64,000 nucleotides of DNA from Minisyncoccota bacterium (GCA_041667145.1 JBAYFP010000001.1:17958-81957), one strand, 5' to 3'. Shown: positions 44,928-55,115, counted from the first letter of the stretch. A program made the numbers and translations. The notes: generated by a model not told the origin, from the sequence alone.

Positions 44928-46811
44928 ATGAAATTAGGAAATATTAGAAACTTCAGCATAATAGCTCATATTGATCATGGGAAGAGTACCTTGGCAGATC
45001 GAATGCTTGAGATTACTCATACTATTCCAGAACGTAAAATGCGCGACCAGGTGTTAGATACTATGGAGCTTGAACGTGAACGTGGAATTACTATCAAAAT
45101 GCAACCTGTGAGGATGGAATTTTCCCCGAATTCCCCGAAACCAGGTTTAGGGGGAATTCCCCTAAACCTGGTTTCGGGGAAAAATGAGACTTATGTTTTA
45201 AACCTTATAGACACTCCTGGACATATAGATTTCTCTTATGAGGTATCTCGCGCCCTAAAGGCTGTAGAGGGGTCTATTTTGTTGGTTGATGCAACACAGG
45301 GAGTACAGGCGCAAACACTTACTACGCTTAATATGGCGCGTGAGGGAGGCATCAAGATCATCCCTGTTCTGTCTAAAATAGATTCACCTTTGGCCCGTGT
45401 GGAAGAGGTAAAAAAGGAGGTTATAGAGCTTTTAAATTGTGATTCTAATGATGTTCTTATGGTCTCAGGACGTACAGGTGAAGGAGTGGAAAATTTGTTA
45501 CAAGAGATCATAAAACGTGTTCCACCACCAAAAGAAAATTACCAACAAGGTGAAAATATTTTACGTGCTCTTGTTTTTGATTTTAAATATTCAAGCCATA
45601 AAGGTGTGATAGTTTTTATTCGATTACTTGATGGGCAAGTAAAGAAAGGAGAGAGTTTAATTTTTTCAGTTTCAGGAGAGAAATTTAGTTCTCTTGAAGT
45701 TGGTACTTTTTCTCCTGAAGAAACTCCTAGGGATTTTTTGTCAGCAGGAGACACAGGATACATTGTCACAGGTATTAAAAGGCCAGGTATAGCTTCTGTT
45801 GGAGATACCATTACTAAAGAAAAAAATCCATTACCTCCGCTTCCTGGATACATGCAACCGATGCCTGTCGTTTGGGCTTCTGTTTTTCCTGAAGACGCGG
45901 ATGACTTTATGGAGTTAAAGGCCTCATTAGGTAAATTAAAACTTTCGGATTCTTCTTTTTCTTATGAGGAAGAATCTTCAGGTTCATTGGGGCGGGGTTT
46001 TCGTTGTGGATTTTTAGGAATGTTACATTTGGAAATAATTACAGAAAGATTAAGACGAGAATTTAATTTAAAATTAGTAATCACAACACCTTCTATTACT
46101 TACGAAGTTGTTATGAAAAATCCTTCTATAGTTTCAGGGCATTTTGGTAAAAAAGTAAAAATATATTCTCCATATTTTTTCCCAGATGATGGAAATATAG
46201 AAACAGTTCAAGAGCCTTGGGTTGATGTAAAAATAATTTCTCCAGCAAAATTTTTAGGTAATATTATGCAACTTCTTTTCGACCATGAAGCGGAAGTAAG
46301 AGAAACAGATAATTTTGGTAATAATCGTTCTTCTTTATCTGTCAGAATGCCACTTCGTGAACTTATGCGTAATTTTTTTGATGAATTAAAAAGTGTAACA
46401 TCTGGCTATGGATCTATTTCTTATAAAATAGGGGAAATGAGAGAAGCGAATGTCACTCGACTCGATATTCTTGTAGCGGATGAAGTCGTTCCAGCTTTTT
46501 CGAGAGTTATAGCAAAAAAGAGAGCGGAAGAAGAAGCAGAAAAAGCTGTTGAAAGGCTAGAAGGTATTTTACCAAGACAGATGTTTACTTTAAAAATACA
46601 GGGTAGAGCTTTAGGGCGTATTATTTCTTCACGTACAATGTCTGGCATGAAAAAAGATGTCACCCAGCACATGTATGGTGGAGATATCACTCGTAAAATG
46701 AAGCTTCGTGAGAAACAGAAAAAAGGGAAGAAGAAAATGAAAGAGCGAGGCAGGGTAAATATCCCACAGGATGTATTCTTAAAAATGATGCGTTCGGGGA
46801 ATGATAATTAG
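44928..46811 (+). CDS. lepA: elongation factor 4 (LepA)
   Basis: GTPase motifs AHIDHGKST, DTPGH; LepA C-terminal domain; carries in-frame palindromic insert. Confidence 0.9.
   Translation: MKLGNIRNFSIIAHIDHGKSTLADRMLEITHTIPERKMRDQVLDTMELERERGITIKMQPVRMEFSPNSPKPGLGGIPLNLVSGKNETYVLNLIDTPGHIDFSYEVSRALKAVEGSILLVDATQGVQAQTLTTLNMAREGGIKIIPVLSKIDSPLARVEEVKKEVIELLNCDSNDVLMVSGRTGEGVENLLQEIIKRVPPPKENYQQGENILRALVFDFKYSSHKGVIVFIRLLDGQVKKGESLIFSVSGEKFSSLEVGTFSPEETPRDFLSAGDTGYIVTGIKRPGIASVGDTITKEKNPLPPLPGYMQPMPVVWASVFPEDADDFMELKASLGKLKLSDSSFSYEEESSGSLGRGFRCGFLGMLHLEIITERLRREFNLKLVITTPSITYEVVMKNPSIVSGHFGKKVKIYSPYFFPDDGNIETVQEPWVDVKIISPAKFLGNIMQLLFDHEAEVRETDNFGNNRSSLSVRMPLRELMRNFFDELKSVTSGYGSISYKIGEMREANVTRLDILVADEVVPAFSRVIAKKRAEEEAEKAVERLEGILPRQMFTLKIQGRALGRIISSRTMSGMKKDVTQHMYGGDITRKMKLREKQKKGKKKMKERGRVNIPQDVFLKMMRSGNDN
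45124..45179. repeat. 46-bp near-perfect palindrome inserted in frame in lepA (family C)
   Basis: CCCCGAAACCAGGTTTAGGGG-gaatt-CCCCTAAACCTGGTTTCGGGG (45133-45179), with a partial extra half-copy 45124-45132; adds about 14 aa before DTPGH. Confidence 0.75.
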
Positions 46812-46819
46812 ATTAAGAC

Positions 46820-46912
46820 AGGCCACTCTTGAAAGAATTTTCGAAACTGCGCCCTCGGAGTCATAAGGACAGGGAACCCACACGTTTCTTAAAATTCTTT
46901 CAAGAGTGGCCT
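46820..46912 (+). terminator. long hairpin (22-bp perfect stem, about 49-nt GC-rich loop) just after the lepA stop
   Basis: AGGCCACTCTTGAAAGAATTTT / AAAATTCTTTCAAGAGTGGCCT, followed by TTTTCAGTTATTT. Confidence 0.5.
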
Positions 46913-47051
46913 TTTCAGTTATTTAAGTTGAAAAATAGGGGAATAGAGTAAAATCATACTGATGATGATCAATACGCAGACTACTGCCCAGATAATTTGT
47001 ATTTTCTTTTGGTGTTTTTTATTGAAAAACATGTAATAATGATAGCATATT

Positions 47052-47429
47052 ATGCGAAGTTTTCAAAAAGGAGGAAGGTTAAAACATATGATGCAGTCAA
47101 AAATCTTTTTGATATTTTTAGGTGTTTTAATTCTTGTTTTCTTTTATAATATGTTCGGTCTTTTGGGAAAAATGGAGGAAACTAGAAAAAATAGACAGAT
47201 AGTGGAAGATAAAATTGCAGAATTAGAAAAAACTAAAGAAAAATTAAATTCTGAAATTACCTCTTTGAAAACTGAAAAAGGAGTAGAAGAAAGTATAAGA
47301 GAGAAATTTGGTTTAGCAAAAGAAGGGGAAGGTATGATTATGGTGGTAGACGAAAAACCCCAAAAAGAAGTAGAAAAAACTTCAAATTCTTCTACTTTCT
47401 TTTCTTTTTTTACTAATTTGTTTAAATAA
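47052..47429 (+). CDS. septum formation initiator (FtsB/DivIC-like)
   Basis: TM + coiled coil + IREKFGLAKEGE (cf. FtsB ARERLGLVKPGE). Confidence 0.55.
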   Translation: MRSFQKGGRLKHMMQSKIFLIFLGVLILVFFYNMFGLLGKMEETRKNRQIVEDKIAELEKTKEKLNSEITSLKTEKGVEESIREKFGLAKEGEGMIMVVDEKPQKEVEKTSNSSTFFSFFTNLFK

Positions 47430-47450
47430 GTAATGTGATATAATAAAGTA

Positions 47451-48404
47451 ATGAAAATAGCATTTTTTTATAAGTCTGAGGAAGTTCGAGAACTTTTAGA
47501 AGATTCTTTTCCTGGCAATGAAGTGTCTTTTTTTAACGAAAAATTAAGTGAGAGTAATGTTGATAAAATAAAAGAATTTGAGATTATTTCAGTATTTATA
47601 GATTCAGAAGTTAATAAGAATATTATTGACAATTTGCCAAACCTAAAATATATTACCACTCGATCGACAGGTTATGATCATATCGATTGTAAGTATGCAG
47701 AGAGTAAGGGTATAAAAGTTTCAAATGTTCCAGTTTATGGTTCAAGTACAGTAGCTGAATTTGCTTTTGCTCTTTTGTTAAATCTTTCTAGAAAAATTAG
47801 TGAAGCAGGTAAACAATTAAAAGAAGGTGGTGATTTTGAAACATCTGAGAAATGTGAAGGTTTTGATCTTGATGGAAAAACTATAGGAGTTATTGGTACA
47901 GGTAAAATTGGTAAAAATATAATTCGTATCGCTAAAGCTTTCAATATGAAAGTATTAGCTTATGATTTATATCCAGATGTTAATTTCGCAAGAGAAAATG
48001 GATTTGAATATAAAGATTTTGAAGAGATTCTTTCTGTGTCAGATGTAGTTACTTTGCATGCACCTTATACAAAAGAAAATCATCATCTTATAAACAAAGA
48101 AAATATTTTAAAAATGAAAAAAGGCGTTTACATTATAAACACTGCTCGTGGTGAACTTGTAGATAATGATGCATTACTTTTAGGTATCAATGAGGGCATT
48201 GTCGGGGGTGTCGGATTAGATGTTTTGGAAGGGGAACGTAACATTAAAAAGGGTGACAAAATTTCTCTTTTAGATAAACCTAATGTAATTATTACTCCTC
48301 ATGTAGCTTTTTATTCTAAAGAAGCGATGATGAGAATTATGCAAACGACTGTGGAAAACATAAAAGGATTCATATCTGGAAATTTACAAAATCTGGTTAG
48401 ATAA
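47451..48404 (+). CDS. D-isomer-specific 2-hydroxyacid dehydrogenase (glycerate/hydroxypyruvate reductase-like)
   Basis: GKTIGVIGTGKIGKNI Rossmann motif, catalytic R/E/H pattern. Confidence 0.75.
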   Translation: MKIAFFYKSEEVRELLEDSFPGNEVSFFNEKLSESNVDKIKEFEIISVFIDSEVNKNIIDNLPNLKYITTRSTGYDHIDCKYAESKGIKVSNVPVYGSSTVAEFAFALLLNLSRKISEAGKQLKEGGDFETSEKCEGFDLDGKTIGVIGTGKIGKNIIRIAKAFNMKVLAYDLYPDVNFARENGFEYKDFEEILSVSDVVTLHAPYTKENHHLINKENILKMKKGVYIINTARGELVDNDALLLGINEGIVGGVGLDVLEGERNIKKGDKISLLDKPNVIITPHVAFYSKEAMMRIMQTTVENIKGFISGNLQNLVR

Positions 48405-48407
48405 AAA

Positions 48408-48480
48408 ACTTGTCCCGTACTAAATTTTTGAGTAAAACAAATGGTCAATATTAATAACAATTTAAAATTTTAGTACTGGG
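48408..48480 (+). promoter_or_regulatory. GTACT-family long hairpin abutting the glycerate kinase start codon
   Basis: arms identical to 19943-20013 (CTTGTCCCGTACTAAATTTTTGA .. AAAATTTTAGTACTGGG-ATG), loop differs. Confidence 0.55.
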
Positions 48481-49776
48481 ATGAATGAAAGACTTATCAA
48501 AAATTTTGACGATTTAGCAACGACAGAAAATCGCAAGATAGCTTTAGAAATAATAGAAGCAGGGCTTGGTGCTATAAATACGAGCAAAGTGATTAGTTCT
48601 CTGGTTTCTCTTACTGGTGATGTTTTATCAGTTGCAGGTAAAAAATTTGATCTTACTAAGTATAAAAATATAAAAGTTGTTGGTTTTGGTAAATCTTCTT
48701 GTGAGGGAGCTTTAGCAATAGAGAAAATTTTGGGAGCTAGGATAACTAGCGGAGCTGTGATTGGACTTCAGAAGGCTGATTGTAAATATATTGAAACTTT
48801 TGCTGGCACACACCCAAAGCCATCCGAGGAAAACATTAAAGCAGGGGAAAAGATATATGAGATTATAAATGGTTCAAAAGAGGATGACCTTATTATTGTG
48901 CTTGTCTCTGGTGGGGGTTCTTCACTCCTTTGTTACCCTGAAAGTGAATATAAAGAAGGAGCTAGACTCTATGATGCTTTTCTAAAATCTGGCAAAACGA
49001 TAACAGAAATAAACACAGTTAGGAAACATCTCTCATTGTTTAAAGGTGGAGGATTAGCAAAAATAGCATATCCTGCGACTATCGTTGGGCTTATTTTTTC
49101 AGATATTCCTGGAAATGATTTTAAAAATGTTGCTTCTGGTGCGACATATAAAGATGACACTACTATAGAAGATGCTCAAAAAATTATTATAGAAAATAAC
49201 TTAGGGGAATTTAATTTAATTGAAACACCAAAAGAAGATAAATATTTTGAAAATGTTTTTAATTTTATTCTTGTTTCAGATAAAACTGCGGTAGATGCGA
49301 TGGCTCAAAAGTCGAGAGAGTTTAATTTGGGAGTAAATATTCTTTCTACTGAATTATACGATGAGGTAGATGAAGCGCTCGGAAAAATATTTAAAGATAA
49401 AAGTGATAGTTCTGTCGTTTTGGCTGCTGGTGAGCCTAGAATTGTTGTAAAAAAAGAAGCGGGTAAAGGTGGGAGAAGTCTTCATATGGCTCTTTCTGTA
49501 GTTGCCAAAAAACTTATAAACAAAGAAGATTTTATGAATTCTGTTTTTATATCCTTTGCCTCTGACGGTATGGACAATAGTGATGCCGCGGGAGCTATTG
49601 TCGATAAAAATACAATAGAGAAAATAGAGAAATTAAATTTAAATGTTGATGATGCTTTAGAGCGTTTTGATTCCTACCCAGTTTTCGAAAAATCAGGTGA
49701 TATGATCATGACAGGTCCTACAGGTGCAAATGTTTCAGATTTGATGTTACTTTTGACGAAAAAAAATAATTTATGA
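48481..49776 (+). CDS. glycerate 2-kinase (MOFRL family)
   Basis: MOFRL-type N- and C-terminal domains (..VVGFGKSS.., ..LVSGGGSSLL..). Confidence 0.6.
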   Translation: MNERLIKNFDDLATTENRKIALEIIEAGLGAINTSKVISSLVSLTGDVLSVAGKKFDLTKYKNIKVVGFGKSSCEGALAIEKILGARITSGAVIGLQKADCKYIETFAGTHPKPSEENIKAGEKIYEIINGSKEDDLIIVLVSGGGSSLLCYPESEYKEGARLYDAFLKSGKTITEINTVRKHLSLFKGGGLAKIAYPATIVGLIFSDIPGNDFKNVASGATYKDDTTIEDAQKIIIENNLGEFNLIETPKEDKYFENVFNFILVSDKTAVDAMAQKSREFNLGVNILSTELYDEVDEALGKIFKDKSDSSVVLAAGEPRIVVKKEAGKGGRSLHMALSVVAKKLINKEDFMNSVFISFASDGMDNSDAAGAIVDKNTIEKIEKLNLNVDDALERFDSYPVFEKSGDMIMTGPTGANVSDLMLLLTKKNNL

Positions 49777-50270
49777 AAAATAATGAAGATAACGTTGCAT
49801 ATATAGATGGAGCAAATCTACACAAGGGAATGAAGGCTCTAGATTGGGAATTTGATTACGGGCGTTTTAGAGTTTGGTTAAAAGAAAAATATCGTATTCA
49901 ACAAGCTTATTTATTTTTAGGATTTATTCCAAAATATAAAGATCTTTATACAAAATTACAAGAACAAGGGTACACTCTTGTTTTTAAAGAAGTTATTTTT
50001 GATGGTGATGGAAAAGCAAAAGGAAATTGTGATGCAGATATCGTTGTTCACGCCATGCAAGATGCCTATGAGAATAAATTTAATAAAGTGGTTTTGATTT
50101 CTAGTGATGGTGACTATGCTCCATTAGTTAAATTCCTGAAAGAAAAAAATAAAATTGAATTTATTTTATCTCCATATGATACAAAAAAGTGTTCGATTTT
50201 ATTAAAAAGAACTGGAGTAAAAATATCTTATATTTCTGACCAGAAAAATATTCTTAAAAAGAGTACTTAA
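49773..50270 (+). CDS. NYN-domain (LabA-like) protein
   Basis: VAYIDGANL, CDADIVVHAM, LISSDGDYAPLV. Confidence 0.6.
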   Translation: MKNNEDNVAYIDGANLHKGMKALDWEFDYGRFRVWLKEKYRIQQAYLFLGFIPKYKDLYTKLQEQGYTLVFKEVIFDGDGKAKGNCDADIVVHAMQDAYENKFNKVVLISSDGDYAPLVKFLKEKNKIEFILSPYDTKKCSILLKRTGVKISYISDQKNILKKST

Positions 50271-50290
50271 AAAGAAAAAGCCCCCGATGT

Positions 50291-50327
50291 GGACTAACCA
50301 CATAAGGGTCTTTTTCGTAAGGATGTG
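50291..50327 (+). terminator. rho-independent terminator
   Basis: CCCgATGTGG..CCACATaaGGG stem then TCTTTTTCG. Confidence 0.5.
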
Positions 50328-50403
50328 TATATTATATCAAAATGTCAGACAAAAAGTCAATAGTTATCCACAGGTAGTAAAATATAGTATAATCAATTAA
50401 ATT

Positions 50404-51717
50404 ATGGATAAAAAGATTACAAAAATTGTGGGAGAAGAGATTAAGGATTCGAGAGGGAACCCGACTATTAAAGTGACTGTTTGGGTAGGTGATGAATCAG
50501 GCAGTTTTGCTGTGCCGTCTGGAGCCTCTACGGGGGCTCATGAAGCTCATGAATTAAGAGACCCCGAACCAGAGCAAGCTCGGTACGGGGCAGGTCCAGA
50601 TGGCAAGGGTGGTATGAAGAAAGCTATTTGGAACGTAGAGAATATAATTGCTCCGGCATTGATTGGTCAAAATGTTTTAAATCAAGAAGTAATAGATAGA
50701 ATGATGATTAAATTAGATGGCACTCCAAATAAAGACAATCTCGGAGGGAATGCTCTTATTGGTGTCTCTATCGCTTGTGCTAAAGTAGCAGCAAAAGTTT
50801 TTAGTTTAGAAACTTTTGAGTATTTGCGAACTTTAGCAAAAATAAAACCTTCAAGAAAAATTCCTTATTTGTATATGAATTTAATAAATGGGGGGAAGCA
50901 TGCGAAAAATGAGTTGGCCTTCCAAGAATATCACATAGTACCTAGCACTGAAGATGTAAGCGAAGCAATGGAAATGGGTATCAAAATACAAAATAGTTTG
51001 AAAGAAATTATTAGTAAAGACCTTGGGGGAGAATCAATAGTATTTGGTGATGAGGGTGGTTTTGCTCCTAAAATAAGCGACGTTAAAAAACCTTTAGAAT
51101 ATCTAAGTAAAGCAATAAAACAAAATAATCTTGTAGACAAAGTACGTTTAGCATTAGACGTCGCTAGTTCTTCATTTTTTGAAAATCCTGCCCGCAATGC
51201 TTCAGGCATAGCTGATGCAGGCGGGGGGAAATATAAAATTGATAGTAAAGAAATAACGAAAGAAGAGTTGATAAGTGTTTATAATTCTTTAATTAGGGAA
51301 TTTGATTTACTTTCAATAGAAGATCCGTTTGATGAGGAAGATTTTTCCAGTTTTAGAAAATTAAGAGAAAATAATAAAAAATTATTTAGACCTAGGTCTA
51401 GTCTTTTAGTGGTAGGGGATGACCTGACTGTCACAAATAAAATTTTATTGGAAAAAGCGATAGGAGAAAAGAGTATTAATGCAATGATAATTAAACCAAA
51501 TCAGATAGGTACTCTTACGGAAACTCTTGAAACGATGAAAAAAGCACGAGAGAATGATGTTGAGTTGATTATTAGCCACCGAAGCGGGGAAACGGAGGAT
51601 GATTTTATTGCTGACCTTGCCTATGCTTTTGGTTGTTTTGGATTAAAAGCTGGTTCTCCCCAAAAACCTGAAAGAATGGTGAAGTATAAAAGATTAATTA
51701 AAATTTCAGAAATGTAA
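50404..51717 (+). CDS. eno: enolase
   Basis: DSRGNPTIKV, VGDDLTVTN, SHRSGETED motifs; carries GTACT-family insertion. Confidence 0.9.
   Translation: MDKKITKIVGEEIKDSRGNPTIKVTVWVGDESGSFAVPSGASTGAHEAHELRDPEPEQARYGAGPDGKGGMKKAIWNVENIIAPALIGQNVLNQEVIDRMMIKLDGTPNKDNLGGNALIGVSIACAKVAAKVFSLETFEYLRTLAKIKPSRKIPYLYMNLINGGKHAKNELAFQEYHIVPSTEDVSEAMEMGIKIQNSLKEIISKDLGGESIVFGDEGGFAPKISDVKKPLEYLSKAIKQNNLVDKVRLALDVASSSFFENPARNASGIADAGGGKYKIDSKEITKEELISVYNSLIREFDLLSIEDPFDEEDFSSFRKLRENNKKLFRPRSSLLVVGDDLTVTNKILLEKAIGEKSINAMIIKPNQIGTLTETLETMKKARENDVELIISHRSGETEDDFIADLAYAFGCFGLKAGSPQKPERMVKYKRLIKISEM
50562..50594. repeat. GTACT-family element in frame inside eno
   Basis: CCCCGAACCAGAGCAAGCTCGGTACGGGGCAGG, same loop (AGAGCAA(A)GCTC) and right arm (GTACGGGGCAGG) as 44881-44916. 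Confidence 0.55.
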
Positions 51718-51879
51718 GAAGATTCAGAGTATCAAAAGATAAAAAGAAACATATTGAAAAATATGGGGAAATTGCAGATAATCCATATTTAATACGTCTG
51801 CCGTTTATTTTAGTATAAAATATGTTATACTTGAATCTGAATTAAAAATTCTTTTATTCAACTTATACAATGGTGAATT

Positions 51880-52071
51880 ATGTCAGAAACTGATATGATG
51901 TTTCTTCGTAATCCTGTTGTTTCAACGTTATTGATTTTTGTGATGCTTAGCTTAGGGGTTTATATCGTCATGGGGATCATAAACATAAATAGGCAATTAC
52001 GAAAAGGAATTCAGAAACGAAATGATCGTGCTGCAGAAGAAGTACTTTTAAGGAAGTCTAAAAAAAGATGA
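51880..52071 (+). CDS. small membrane protein
   Basis: 63 aa, one TM. Confidence 0.3.
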   Translation: MSETDMMFLRNPVVSTLLIFVMLSLGVYIVMGIININRQLRKGIQKRNDRAAEEVLLRKSKKR

Positions 52072-52199
52072 CTTCAGGGATTTTTAAAAAAATGGTAGAA
52101 CTGAAGTTTTACCATTTTTTATTTTTTAGAATAGCATAAATTATGCTATAATATTTGTATATATTTAATGGGTATTGATTATTATTAATTTAGTAATTT

Positions 52200-54611
52200 A
52201 TGACAGAAGAAAAAAATAATTTTGTAAAGTGGTATAGCGAAGTGGGTATTGCAGATGTTCCGTCAGTTGGAGGGAAAAATGCAGCATTAGGAGAAATGTA
52301 TTCAAATCTTGTGCCACTTGGAGTAAATATACCGGATGGTTTTGCTTTGACGGCAGATGCATATCGACATTTCTTTAAAGAAACAGGACTAGATGAAGAA
52401 ATAAAGAAAATCTTGGCTGATCTCGATACAAAAAATATTAAAAATCTTCAAATTCGTGGGAAAAAAGTTAGAGAGACTATTTTGAAGGCATCCTTACCAC
52501 AAGATTTGCAAGATGTTATTACAAAATCATATGCAGAGTTAGGTAGAAAATATGGGAAAGATAGTGATGTAGCTGTGCGTTCTTCTGCTACGGCCGAAGA
52601 TCTTCCAGGTGCTTCTTTTGCCGGACAACAGGAGACTTTTTTAAACGTTCACGGTATTGAAAATATTCTTATTGCCACTAAAAAATGTATAGCTTCACTT
52701 TTTACTGACCGAGCTATTTCTTATAGGGTAGATAAAGGTTTCTCACATTTTGATGCCGCTTTATCTGTCGGTGTTCAAATAATGGTTCGTTCCGACCTTT
52801 CTGCCTCTGGCGTTGCTTTTACTTTAGACACGGAGACAGGTTTTGATAAAGTTATTTTAATAAATGGTATTTATGGGCTTGGTGAATTCATCGTTCAAGG
52901 GAAAGTTATCCCAGATGAGTTTATAATCTTCAAGCCCACATTAGAAAGTGGTAAAAATCCGATCATTGGTAAAAATATTGGTAAGAAAAATATTAAACTT
53001 ATTTATGCGAAAGATGGTACGAAACAAGAAAAAGTTTCCTTACAAGAACAACAAAAATTTTGTATTACAGACGAAGAGGCAATAAAGCTCGGTAAATGGT
53101 GTTTGCAAATAGAAAAATATTTTTCTGAAAAACACAATCGCTATCAGCCGATGGATATCGAATGGGCAAAGGATGGAAAAACTGGCCAGCTTTTTATTGT
53201 ACAAGCTCGTCCTGAGACTGTTCGTTCTGGTGAAGATAGAAATATTTTAAAAGAATATCAATTACAAAAAGCAGGCAAAGTGTTGGTAAGTGGTATTGCT
53301 GTCGGTTCTAAGATTGGCAGTGGAAAAGTTCGTATCTTGCGCAGTGCTAAAAATATTTCTTCTTTCCAAAAAGGGGAAGTATTGGTGACAGAAATAACCG
53401 ACCCAGATTGGGAACCTATCATGAAGATAGCGAGCGCTATTGTGACGGATAAGGGCGGGCGTACATCTCATGCCGCTATCGTTTCTCGTGAGCTTGGTAT
53501 TCCTTGTATTGTAGGGTCAAATAATGCCACTAAGGCTCTTAAAAATGGTCAGGACGTGACTGTAGACGCTTCAGGAGGCCAAGTAGGCAATGTTTATGAA
53601 GGCATTATCCCATTTAAAATTATAGAACATCAGCTAGACAAAATACCAAAAATAGAGACAAAAATCATGGTAAATATCGGTTCTCCAGATGAAGCTTTTA
53701 AGAATTATCATCTTCCTACACAAGGTGTGGGTTTGGGGAGACTAGAATTTATTATTGCTTCACATATTCGTGTTCATCCAAATGTATTGATTAACTATAA
53801 AAAATTAAAAGAAGGCAAAAAAACTTCTGCAATAAATAAAGTTCTAAAAGAAGTTGAAAATCTTACTCCTCTTTATAAAGATAAAACACAATTTTATGTG
53901 GATGAGCTTGCGCGAGGTATAGCAAAGATTGGAGCCACGTTTTTCCCTAATAAAGTTATTATTCGTTTTTCTGATTTTAAAACAAATGAATATCGTACAT
54001 TGCTCGGTGGAGATATGTATGAACCACATGAGGAGAATCCAATGCTTGGTTGGCGTGGGGCATCTCGATATTACGATCCAAAATTTAAAGAGGCTTTTGG
54101 CCTCGAATGTGTCGCGATGAAACGCGTGCGAGAAGATATGGGCCTTACGAATGTCATACCTATGGTTCCGTTTTGTCGAACTCCTGAAGAGGGAAAACAA
54201 GTGATAGAAACAATGAAAGAATATGGTTTAGACAGAGAGAAAGATAAAGAACTTAAAGTTTATGTGATGTGTGAAATCCCTTCCAACATTCTTTTAGCCG
54301 ACGAATTCCTTGAAATTTTTGACGGCATGTCTATAGGATCTAACGATTTGACACAGCTTACCTTAGGACTTGATCGTGATTCAGGAATAGTTACACATAT
54401 AGCAAATGAGAACAACGCAGCAGTTAAGAAACTTGTAGCTCAAATTATTCATAAATGTAAAGAAAAAGGGAAGTATATAGGTATTTGTGGGCAGGCACCT
54501 TCAGATTATCCAGAATTTGCAAAGTTTTTAGTGAGTGAGGGAATAGAAAGTATGTCGCTCAACCCTGATACTGTTATTAAAATTATTATGGCTTTGAGTG
54601 AAAATAAATAA
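52200..54611 (+). CDS. ppsA: phosphoenolpyruvate synthase (pyruvate, water dikinase)
   Basis: N-terminal PPDK-N domain, GGRTSHAAIVSRELGIPCIVG phospho-His domain, C-terminal PEP-utilizing TIM barrel. Confidence 0.85.
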   Translation: MTEEKNNFVKWYSEVGIADVPSVGGKNAALGEMYSNLVPLGVNIPDGFALTADAYRHFFKETGLDEEIKKILADLDTKNIKNLQIRGKKVRETILKASLPQDLQDVITKSYAELGRKYGKDSDVAVRSSATAEDLPGASFAGQQETFLNVHGIENILIATKKCIASLFTDRAISYRVDKGFSHFDAALSVGVQIMVRSDLSASGVAFTLDTETGFDKVILINGIYGLGEFIVQGKVIPDEFIIFKPTLESGKNPIIGKNIGKKNIKLIYAKDGTKQEKVSLQEQQKFCITDEEAIKLGKWCLQIEKYFSEKHNRYQPMDIEWAKDGKTGQLFIVQARPETVRSGEDRNILKEYQLQKAGKVLVSGIAVGSKIGSGKVRILRSAKNISSFQKGEVLVTEITDPDWEPIMKIASAIVTDKGGRTSHAAIVSRELGIPCIVGSNNATKALKNGQDVTVDASGGQVGNVYEGIIPFKIIEHQLDKIPKIETKIMVNIGSPDEAFKNYHLPTQGVGLGRLEFIIASHIRVHPNVLINYKKLKEGKKTSAINKVLKEVENLTPLYKDKTQFYVDELARGIAKIGATFFPNKVIIRFSDFKTNEYRTLLGGDMYEPHEENPMLGWRGASRYYDPKFKEAFGLECVAMKRVREDMGLTNVIPMVPFCRTPEEGKQVIETMKEYGLDREKDKELKVYVMCEIPSNILLADEFLEIFDGMSIGSNDLTQLTLGLDRDSGIVTHIANENNAAVKKLVAQIIHKCKEKGKYIGICGQAPSDYPEFAKFLVSEGIESMSLNPDTVIKIIMALSENK

Positions 54612-54840
54612 CATGGATACACTAATAATAATTCAAATCATCTTCTATATACTAGCCTCCATAGCTATTTTGGCTGTGGGGATTTTGTTAGTAATTATGC
54701 TTTATTATTTGATAGGCATATTGAAAAATACTCGGAATCTTTCAGACGATATAAACCAAACTTACGTAAAGATTAAAAAACATATTAAAAAAATTATTAA
54801 TTCGTTAACAAATAATAAAAAAGATGAAAAAAGTAAATAA
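54598..54840 (+). CDS. small membrane protein
   Basis: 80 aa, one TM. Confidence 0.3.
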   Translation: MKINNMDTLIIIQIIFYILASIAILAVGILLVIMLYYLIGILKNTRNLSDDINQTYVKIKKHIKKIINSLTNNKKDEKSK

Positions 54841-55093
54841 AATTAAGAAACAAGAGAAAAAGAGTTCAAAATTTATAAAAGGTGCTTTGATAGGTGTAGC
54901 TTTAGGTGCAGCGGCTGGAGCGTTTGCTACTTCTAAAAAGGGGAAGAAAATAGGTAAAGATATAAAAGATGAATCTATGAAGCTTTATAAAAAATTTGAA
55001 CCAGAAATAAAAAAAGTAAAAGAGATGGGTGAAAAAGAGTATAAGAAATTTCTAAAAACTGCTGTGAGTGAATATAAAAAGAGGAAGAAATGA
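54824..55093 (+). CDS. YtxH-like small protein
   Basis: GALIGVALGAAAGAF then K-rich helix. Confidence 0.35.
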   Translation: MKKVNKIKKQEKKSSKFIKGALIGVALGAAAGAFATSKKGKKIGKDIKDESMKLYKKFEPEIKKVKEMGEKEYKKFLKTAVSEYKKRKK

Positions 55094-55115
55094 GATCTTT
55101 GATATGAAAGTGTAA

